This document shows positions 29,543 through 37,358 of a stretch of DNA of 64,000 nt, piece after piece. Each line of letters opens with the position of its first letter. The stretch's first letter is position 1. The notes below the pieces were generated by a model. The model searched no databases and was not told the DNA's origin. It saw only the letters and a list, made by a program, of their open reading frames with translations. The position numbers and the translations under genes were made by a program. Origin of the DNA: Nitrosopumilus sp. (GTDB taxonomy: Archaea > Thermoproteota > Nitrososphaeria > Nitrososphaerales > Nitrosopumilaceae); the NCBI GenBank assembly GCA_965205215.1, contig OZ242041.1:448001-512000 (forward strand), given 5' to 3'.

Positions 29543-30613
29543 TCACTGGGAACTGCCTCTGATGGCCTCTGCCGTCTCGTCTGACAGTGTAAGCCTGTCC
29601 CTTATTGGGGCCACGATTTTTGCAAGCTCGCCGCCTATGGCGCGCTTCAGGTCGGCCGGGTGCAGGCTGCGGGAGCCAAACGCCGACTCTAGCGACTCGT
29701 AGCTGTCGTACGAGACGTTTCCGCCGAATTTTTCCGGACGCTCAACCGTAACGACCCTGCCCGCGTCATGGAACACGATGCTCTTTGCGATTGCCAGCAC
29801 CGGATTGTTCTCTATATCGCCCTCCTCGCACCACGCCTTTTTGATCTTTTTTTGTATCTGCTCGTCCGTATCGTGCATGAAGACGCTGGAGTCGGGATCC
29901 GACTTGCTCATCTTGGCGCCCGCCTGCGGTCCGCCTGCGGCGACGCCGCCGCCGCCGCTGGTGGGCCTTGAGAGTCCCGGCAGCAGCCCGTGGTGGACGG
30001 CGACGGGAACCTTCCATCCCATCTTTGGAAATATCTCCCTTACCAGCATGTGTATCCTGCGCTGGTCCATCCCCGCATGCGCGATGTCCACGTCAAGGGA
30101 GTGTATGTCGACTGCCTGCATGGGCGGGTATAGGAGCCTTGCCAGGCCCATGTTCTTCTCGTCCTCTGAGCGCCCCATTATGGTAAGGGCCCTCTTGGTG
30201 CGCTCAAGGGACATGTGCTTTGTGAACGTGACCAGCTCCTGCCAGTACCCTGGCTTTTCGTTGTACAGGTCGGTTCCGAGCCTTATCTCGGCGTCGGGGC
30301 AGACCAGCCTGAACGCGTCCCGGTAGTATCTGGTAACCCTTGATACGGCGTCCCAACTTCCTCCCAGTTTGTCGTTTATTACGGTGTGCCAGTCGGCCAG
30401 AAACACGGTGCATCTGACGCCGGCCCTCGCAAAGTCGTTTATCTTGTAGCCGACGCTCAGGAGGCTCCCCAAGTGCAGAAACCCTGAGATCTCCAGGCCT
30501 ATGTAGTGCCTCGGCGCGTCGTTCGTCTCGAGTATGGTCCTCAGGTCGTCCTCCGTTACGATCTCCTGGGTGGGCGGCGCGGCAATCAGCCTTATTCTAT
30601 CCTCAACATCCAA
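29543..30613 (-). CDS. tyrS: Tyrosine--tRNA ligase
   Basis: YIGLEISGFLHLGS (HIGH-like), YPPMQAVD, GMDQRRIH, KMSKS, LHPADLK. Confidence 0.95.
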   Translation of the reverse strand: MDVEDRIRLIAAPPTQEIVTEDDLRTILETNDAPRHYIGLEISGFLHLGSLLSVGYKINDFARAGVRCTVFLADWHTVINDKLGGSWDAVSRVTRYYRDAFRLVCPDAEIRLGTDLYNEKPGYWQELVTFTKHMSLERTKRALTIMGRSEDEKNMGLARLLYPPMQAVDIHSLDVDIAHAGMDQRRIHMLVREIFPKMGWKVPVAVHHGLLPGLSRPTSGGGGVAAGGPQAGAKMSKSDPDSSVFMHDTDEQIQKKIKKAWCEEGDIENNPVLAIAKSIVFHDAGRVVTVERPEKFGGNVSYDSYESLESAFGSRSLHPADLKRAIGGELAKIVAPIRDRLTLSDETAEAIRGSSQ

Positions 30614-30776
30614 CCAAGTTTGGTTGACGGCGGTAAACGTATAAAGCTACGCGCGGGATCGGCCCCGGCGTGGCCAGTCACGGCCGCCATCTTGCTCGCC
30701 CTTCGCGCGCGTCAGGCGCCCCCGATTGTGGCGCGGCCGCAACAACAGCTTCCCTGCGGGCGCGCCGCCGTGCGCG

Positions 30777-31337
30777 CTAGTCGAGCTCCTTTCTTGGTCT
30801 TGTGCTCAGGTACAGGGCGTGCGCGCTTATGATGAACCCTGCAAGGAATATCTTTGTCGCAAAGACCAGGTTCCAGGGCCTGTCCGGATCCGGATAGGCC
30901 ACCGACAGGCGGTCTATGTCGGGGACCACGCCGTCCGCCACCCCGGCCGCTATCTGGGCGTTGAGGACGGTAAAGTTGTACAGGACCTCGTACAGCGTGA
31001 TGATGGCAAACCCGACTAGCATAAGCTGCAGCAGGGCCATCCTGGTTCCTGTGATCTTGTCCCCCGCTGTCTTCTTCCACCCTATCCTGGAGACGCAGTA
31101 CCAGCCCACCACGGCGGAGAAGAACAGCCACGTGGAGACCCTCGCAAAGTTCTCAAACGGAATGGTGGTGTTGTGTACGACCTCCCCCATGACGTAGGTG
31201 CCGTTCTCGAGCCACTCGATGGTGGTTGCGTACGCCCCGTATGCGGCCCCCGTCGCCATGACAGCCGCGCACAGGTAAAAGACGTACAGGTACACCCTGT
31301 ATGCCGCGTCAGTCTCCTGCAAGTGGCCAGACTCCAT
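30777..31337 (-). CDS. Conserved hypothetical membrane protein
   Basis: Four TM helices; PWNLVFATK motif; ATG 31337. Confidence 0.7.
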   Translation of the reverse strand: MESGHLQETDAAYRVYLYVFYLCAAVMATGAAYGAYATTIEWLENGTYVMGEVVHNTTIPFENFARVSTWLFFSAVVGWYCVSRIGWKKTAGDKITGTRMALLQLMLVGFAIITLYEVLYNFTVLNAQIAAGVADGVVPDIDRLSVAYPDPDRPWNLVFATKIFLAGFIISAHALYLSTRPRKELD

Positions 31338-31387
31338 ACGGCGCGTCTGGATCTTGAAATATAAGAATTCTTGCCGCCCGGCCAGTC

Positions 31388-32899
31388 TCAATTCACGGGA
31401 ACCGGCTCAATGCGTTTCCCCACGGGCAGGGCAAAGTAGAAATTACTTCCCTCCCCCTCCGTGCTCTCTACGTTTATCTTGCCGCCCAGGCTCTCCACCA
31501 TTCCCTTGCAGATTGACAGGCCAAGTCCGGTTCCGCCGTGCTTCCTGCTGTGTGACGTGTCGGCCTGATAGAACTTTGCGAACAGCTGCTTCTGCTTCTC
31601 CGGCGGTATGCCGATCCCGTTGTCCTTCACTGAGAAGACAACGTCGGAGTCCTTCCGCTCCGCGGCTATCGTAATTCTGCCGGTATCCTTTGGCACAAAG
31701 TCAATCGCATTGTATACCAGGTTCGTGATCACCTGCTTGACCCTGTCAATGTCGCTGACCATCATGATCTCTTCTTTGCCTGCTACCGTACACTGTATCG
31801 TGACTCCCTTCTCCTGCGCCGTGAGCTGGAAGGACTTTTCTATGACGGCCATCAGGCTGTTTACCGACATCTCCTTGAGGGCGAACTTCATCTTTCCCAG
31901 TTCCAGCTTGTGCGCGTCGAGCAGGTCCCCTATCAGCTTCTTGAGCGTAGTGGCATTCGACAGGATGGTGTTCAGTGCCTCCATCTGCTTCTCATTCATC
32001 TCTCCCAGCAGTTTCGGCCTGGCCAATGCCTGCGCGAATCCAATAATCGGAGTGAGCGGCGACTTTAGTTCGTGTGTAACCATCGACAGGAACTCTTCCT
32101 TCATCTTGTCGATCTTCTCCTTCTCGCTGAGCATCTTCTTGGTTTCGTGCAACTTTGACGTGTCCTTTATGACCACGTTCCTCCCGATCATGAAGCCGTC
32201 GTCGTCGTAGATGTTGGTTGGCGTCAGGAGTGCCGGAAACTCTGTCCCGTCCTTGCGCTTCATCCATATCTCCGAGTCTTTCTCCCTGCCTGTCTTTCTC
32301 CAGGTTGCCATGTGTATGCGCAGGGTATCGACGCTCCTGTCTGCCGTATGCTCGATCAGGTTGCTGCCTATCACCTCGTCCTTGCTGTCGTATCCCAGGT
32401 CCTTGAGGTAGGTTCTGTTGCAGTCTACGATCGTGCCGTTGTAGTTCACTGTCCTGTAGAGATCCGGAGATTTCTCGTACAGGCTCTCAAACTTTCTGAT
32501 CATCACATACTTTTGGAACGTCTTTAGCTCGACAAAATCCATCATGACATCAGATATGCCCGCTACCCTGCCTCTGCTGTCAATGCTGGTGCTTATGGAT
32601 GAGATCGTCTCAATCCTCTTTCCGTCCTTGGATACGATCCAAGTCTTGAGGGTTTTTGATTTTCTCGTCTCCTTCCACTCGTCGAATTCCCTGCGCATGT
32701 CGGCCCTGTGGTCGGGAGGCGTATGCTCATCCATGCTCATCCCGATTACCTCGTCTATGGTGTAACCGAGCTTTTCAGCATACGCTTCGTTGCAGTCTAT
32801 GATGATTCCGTCCATGTTTATCAATCGGCGCATTTCGTGTACCATCTTCTTGAGCTTGGGCTTGTCGACGTGTGTCTGCTCGGCCGTCGTGGATTCCAT
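31388..32899 (-). CDS. Cytoplasmic PAS-PAS sensor histidine kinase
   Basis: Two PAS/PAC domains; H-box MVTHELKSPLTPI; N-box QVITNLVYNAIDF; DNGIGIP, GGTGLGLSI, GEGSNFYF. Confidence 0.95.
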   Translation of the reverse strand: MESTTAEQTHVDKPKLKKMVHEMRRLINMDGIIIDCNEAYAEKLGYTIDEVIGMSMDEHTPPDHRADMRREFDEWKETRKSKTLKTWIVSKDGKRIETISSISTSIDSRGRVAGISDVMMDFVELKTFQKYVMIRKFESLYEKSPDLYRTVNYNGTIVDCNRTYLKDLGYDSKDEVIGSNLIEHTADRSVDTLRIHMATWRKTGREKDSEIWMKRKDGTEFPALLTPTNIYDDDGFMIGRNVVIKDTSKLHETKKMLSEKEKIDKMKEEFLSMVTHELKSPLTPIIGFAQALARPKLLGEMNEKQMEALNTILSNATTLKKLIGDLLDAHKLELGKMKFALKEMSVNSLMAVIEKSFQLTAQEKGVTIQCTVAGKEEIMMVSDIDRVKQVITNLVYNAIDFVPKDTGRITIAAERKDSDVVFSVKDNGIGIPPEKQKQLFAKFYQADTSHSRKHGGTGLGLSICKGMVESLGGKINVESTEGEGSNFYFALPVGKRIEPVPVN

Positions 32900-33301
32900 T
32901 TATGCCCATATTTTGCCTTGTAGTATATTTAGATTTTGAACACCCCGTGCCGTTGCAAAAGCGGCGCGCGGCGCGTTATGGCAGAGACTGGGACCCGGCC
33001 GGCCGCGCGCGACTTGCCGCAATGCGATTGGGATGTCACGACGTACCTGTGTAGCGTGCCTGTGCGCGCTGCATCCGCTCACCCCTGCCCATGCAGATCA
33101 ACGCATGAACGCAGACGCCAGGAGCGCCGCCCGTTTGCCAATTCCGTCTATGCGCACGCCCGCGGCCTCTGCCGGGGCCTTGCTGCCTTTCCCGTGTGCG
33201 GCTCTGTGCCGCTTTGGAGCCCGTAGAAATTGCCGACGGCGTGGCCGAATGCCTCCGGCCCATCCTAGCTTCCGCCTCCCTGCCCTGTCATCGATTTTTG
33301 C

Positions 33302-33682
33302 TCAAGCGGATGTGACTTCAGACGCAACCTTTTCCAGCAGGTCTGTTATCTGATCTATGTCTGCCGGCTTTGCCAGTATGGAATAAACGCCCTTCTTGCG
33401 TAGATCGACTTCTATGTCCTCTACGCCCAGATATGAAGCGGTGAAGAGAGTTACGCGCTGCTTCTTTATGATGCCGTCTTGTACAAGCGCGTCTATGACC
33501 TCAAGGCCTGTGAGGTTGGGCATTGACATGTCCAGAAAAACCAAGTCATATTCTTTGCTGCGTATAAGCTCGAGTCCCTCCTGGCCGTCGTGTGCAAGCT
33601 CGAGATTGTGCCCCATCGACTCTACGATGAGACTTATCAGATTTAGTATATCTTGGTTATCGTCAACTGCCAGTACCTTCAT
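33302..33682 (-). CDS. Single-domain response regulator (receiver only)
   Basis: KVLAVDDN, VFLDMSMPNLTG, FTAS, LAKP. Confidence 0.95.
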   Translation of the reverse strand: MKVLAVDDNQDILNLISLIVESMGHNLELAHDGQEGLELIRSKEYDLVFLDMSMPNLTGLEVIDALVQDGIIKKQRVTLFTASYLGVEDIEVDLRKKGVYSILAKPADIDQITDLLEKVASEVTSA

Positions 33683-34140
33683 TGTTACAGATCCCCCGTT
33701 CTTGTGGAAAAGTGAAACGCGCCGCTATTCTTCATTTTATCTTTCCCGTTTCCCTCGGGCGCACCTGCCTCATACGGCAATACAGCACCCCGACGGATCA
33801 GCCATTTATTGGGATCTGCGTTTTCATATGCTGACGGTCTGCGCAGATTAAAGGACAACGTATCGTCCCCTGTGACATACCCGCCATTGAATTTGGACAA
33901 CTTGATGCTATTTCGCCCCCTTGGTTATGTATATGCTTTGCCGCGTGGCGGCCGTTACTGGTTGGGTTGAACGCAAGGCCAAACTTTCCCGGTCATCAGT
34001 TCTATGCGGTACTTGGCATACGCGAATGCGGTGTCAAACCCCTCGAGGTCAAGCTGTTGCGAGGCGGGCTTGCGCGGGTCATAGCGTAGGTCAAGGGAGG
34101 GACGAGGCCTTGGAGCGGCAGTATCCAGATTGAGCAGCTG

Positions 34141-34445
34141 GTGGGGGGGGGGGGAGGAGGGGGCAGCTGGACAAGGGAGGCGGGGCGCTCCGCATACTAC
34201 GAGGACCCGCACAGCCGGCCGTCGACGAACTTCCCGAAACGGAAGAGGGCCTCAAGGAAGGATCCGACAGACTACAAGAGGCCCAGACGGAGGCCGGGGC
34301 ACAGGGGCGTCTCGCACGGCCGCAAGTCATCGCCGACCATACACCACGCCTCCAAGGCGTGCCGGGGATGTAGCAGCGGCAGGTTGGAGGCGGGCCGCAT
34401 CGCGGACACGAGGCAGGCCACCGACGTCCCGCTCGCGCGTGGGCA
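34141..34445 (+). mobile_element. Degenerate IS66-family transposase N-terminal remnant
   Basis: Translation AYYEDPHSRPS...KRKR...KRPRRRPGHRGVSH.RKS..TIHH...C..C....RQ.TDVP resembles the IS66 TnpC N-terminus (PPS, basic linker, PGH.G, zinc finger); no DDE domain; starts in a G homopolymer. Confidence 0.6.
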
Positions 34446-34911
34446 ACGATCGCCTCCCGCGCGGCGCGCGACGGGGGTGCGCGGGATTGTCGGGCGGGGC
34501 CCCTAACCCCGGGGCCGACGGGACGACGTACGGGTTTCTGCACGCTGGATCCGGCACGGTTCGTTCTTGGTCGGCATGTACCATATTATCTCAAGCGTGT
34601 GGCGCGCCACGGCCACCTTGCCTTGCTCGCCCCGCGCCGCTTCTTGTTTTCGCGCATGCCTTTGCCATCCTCGCCCCGCGCCGCATCGTGGTGGCGGCAG
34701 CCTCGACTGTGGCGCTGCGCATCCACTTGGAGCCCCCCTTATTATGCCGCTCCCGCGGTAGGTCGACGCGCCGTTGTGGCGCGACGGCATAACGCCGCAA
34801 CCGCGTCAGCATAGGTGCGTGCTGACGTGGAGGAAGCGGAACCTCGGCGTGTCAGACATGCTGTTGAAGGACTTGGGCGGAATCGAATCAATAACCTGTG
34901 GGCCACGCCCA

Positions 34912-34924
34912 TCGAAAATATATT
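34912..34924 (+). promoter_or_regulatory. BRE/TATA promoter of MFS copy 1 (identical motif upstream of copy 2 at ~37658-37670)
   Basis: TCGAAAATATATT conserved in both copies ~25-30 nt before the GTG. Confidence 0.6.
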
Positions 34925-34946
34925 CAAGACGTTTGCCACACGTTAC

Positions 34947-36488
34947 GTGCGCCGGACTACGTATCTGTTGTTATCTGCATCACTACTGGTCGGCTTCGTT
35001 TGGGGTATACGCGCCCCAATAGTGCCAATCTTTGCCGCCAACGAGTTGGGTGCGACCTACAGTGATATCGGAATGATAGTAACTGTGACTTGTCTGCCGT
35101 ATATTCTGGTACCGCTGGCGCTAGGGATCGTGCTGGGTCGCATAAACGACAAATACCTGCTTACGGCGGGCTTTGCAACGTCTGCCCTGGCGATGTACCT
35201 GATATCCACCTCGACCACCATAACGGAGCTCACGCTGTACTGCCTCCTATTGGGCTTTGCATACTCCCTGATATGGCCCCCGGCGATACACGCCGTCTCC
35301 CAAAACCCCGAGACGAGGGTAAGGCTCACGGCGATGCTCACGATGTGCCGCGTGATAGGCTTTATGATAGGACCGCTGGTCGGATCGTTCATACTAGGAG
35401 CGTTCGGAGTGGATGACCGTACGCTCCTTCTGATTACAGCAATCATAACAAGTACCGGAATTGTCTTGATCGTACTAAATTACCCGCATCACAAGTCAAA
35501 GGGAGTCCAGCTAGATCTTCGCCTGTTCAAGGAGGTACTGAAATTTCCAGTACAGGTTACAGTACTGATATACAGCACCGTCACATTCGGCTTGGTTCTG
35601 TCACTGTATCCGGTATTTATACAGGAGCATGGATTCGACGCCGCCGCCGTAATGCAGCTGTATGCCGTCTTTGGGATCACCAGGATTTTAGGATCGTTTC
35701 TGGCAAAGAAGCTGGCCGAACACAGAAGGGAGACACTTCTGCTGTCCACGTCGTGCGTGATCATAGCCATGGCCGTATCAATGATGGCCACCACCTTTGC
35801 AGAGTTTGTCGTTGCTATGCTGTTGCTGGGATTTGGATTCATTTCCATATATCCGGTGACTCTCGACATGCTACTGGCCGGTTCCAAAAAGTTCACCGCT
35901 GGGAGAATGATAGGGACGTACGAGGGGCTGTACGGGATAGGACTGGTGGTGGGCCCGTTTGTAAGCGGTTACATCGGGTACACCCTGGGTTCGGACAGCC
36001 TTTACTTGATTCTGATTGCTACAGGAGCAGCCGTATTGCTGTTGACGTTCCTGTATCGCAACAAAATGCGTACTACAATAGCCTTGATCAAATACGACGC
36101 CGAATCCCGGAAGAGCAGGGCCATATTCGTCAAGCAGGAGCTCAAGAACCAACTTGGAGTAATACTCATGAGTATCGGCCTGATAAACATGTGTCTCAAA
36201 AAGGCTGGCACGTACGATTCCGTCCAATCTTCCATCGCAGACGCATCCAAGACCATGAACCTGACTACAACCCGCGCCAACGAGATGATAGGCGAGTCAA
36301 ACGACATCATGCATTCCGAGCTGATTCAGGAGATACGCGACACCCTGTCCAAGATAGGCGAGATCGATCCAATGTCGGGAGTGGGCAAAGGTTATCCTGA
36401 CTATGACAATATCAAAAAGATGGTGACGTACTGCTCAGACAGGTTAGATCGCAACATAACCGACGATGCCGTACTAAAGGACTATTGA
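34947..36488 (+). CDS. MFS transporter with a C-terminal HisKA-like helical tail (copy 1)
   Basis: ~12 TM helices with MFS spacing; GTG 34947 preferred because the two copies differ by a frameshift upstream of it; tail FVKQELKNQLGVI. Confidence 0.9.
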   Translation: MRRTTYLLLSASLLVGFVWGIRAPIVPIFAANELGATYSDIGMIVTVTCLPYILVPLALGIVLGRINDKYLLTAGFATSALAMYLISTSTTITELTLYCLLLGFAYSLIWPPAIHAVSQNPETRVRLTAMLTMCRVIGFMIGPLVGSFILGAFGVDDRTLLLITAIITSTGIVLIVLNYPHHKSKGVQLDLRLFKEVLKFPVQVTVLIYSTVTFGLVLSLYPVFIQEHGFDAAAVMQLYAVFGITRILGSFLAKKLAEHRRETLLLSTSCVIIAMAVSMMATTFAEFVVAMLLLGFGFISIYPVTLDMLLAGSKKFTAGRMIGTYEGLYGIGLVVGPFVSGYIGYTLGSDSLYLILIATGAAVLLLTFLYRNKMRTTIALIKYDAESRKSRAIFVKQELKNQLGVILMSIGLINMCLKKAGTYDSVQSSIADASKTMNLTTTRANEMIGESNDIMHSELIQEIRDTLSKIGEIDPMSGVGKGYPDYDNIKKMVTYCSDRLDRNITDDAVLKDY

Positions 36489-36852
36489 ACGCGTGGCAAG
36501 CCCCTTGACATGGCTGCGTAGTCAACGAGCCAAATAACAGAACATTATCACAGCCGGGATCCCTTCCCCCTGCAGCTGCGTTGGCGGATTCCTGCACTCT
36601 TCCGCGCTCTCCGTGGGCGCGGGGTGGATAAAAGAGGGAGGAGAGCGGGCGGTTGCCCTTTCCGGGGGGGGTTTATAGTCAAGCAACTGACAATCCATGG
36701 TTGTCGGATACGCGATTTATACGCCCCCGTGCTGCAGTACACCATAATGAACGCGATAGGCGATGGACTCTGTCCAGTCTTGGTGACCTGGGCGGGACTG
36801 TCAAATAGGTGACCTGTCCGTGATCTGTTTCAAATTGGGTTGCTGACTACGA

Positions 36853-37358
36853 GTGATGCGCCGTTACTTGTCCGCGGATCTCGGCTCCCTGGTGCATGCA
36901 GAAGAGACGCCATCGGGAGGCGTACCGTCGTGGGTGAAGGACACAGCGGGCTTTTGGTCACAAGGTCTGATAGACGACGGTGCGTTTGTCAACGCCATCC
37001 AGTACTTGGTCGAACAAGGAATCATAACACTTTCAACAATGCAGGCGCAGAATCAGGAATCAGCAGAGACGATCTCGGCACTGTATGAACACGTCGGGCG
37101 CCTCAAGGCAGACAACAAGAAACTTGAGGAGATGAACGAGGTGCTTGAGCACGAGATCGAGTTTTTACGGAATACCGAACAGTGTCTAGTTGACTGCGGC
37201 GTTAACTTTGCGGTGACGTCCTGCGAGGCGACGTCCAGTTACGCGCACGTGAAAGGAATCGTACAAAACACGGGTAAGGAGACACTTAGGCTGGAGTACA
37301 CGGCCTATCTGACGGATGCCTTCAGTAACGGGGTGGCGATTGACTCTGGAATGATAAA
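36853..37358 (+). pseudogene. Truncated secreted protein with the thaumarchaeal 'PxW.K..AG.W..G.IDD..F..IQYL' domain and a coiled coil
   Basis: VPSWVKDTAGFWSQGLIDDGAFVNAIQYLVEQGII; the ORF runs on into duplicated non-coding DNA at 37359 and stops at 37485. Confidence 0.7.

Larger units (their letters stand above)
33750..36764 (+). repeat. Copy 1 of a ~2.2-kb-core tandem segmental duplication (interrupted by an insertion at ~33961-34814)
   Basis: 33750-33960 aligns with 37359-37571, 34815-36610 with 37571-39353, and 36611-36764 with 39654-39828. Confidence 0.92.

Noticed and set aside
32900-33301. 400-bp GC-rich spacer between regulator and kinase as a gene or element
   Set aside because: Short ORFs are low-complexity with no motifs, and I found no clear terminal repeats by eye.
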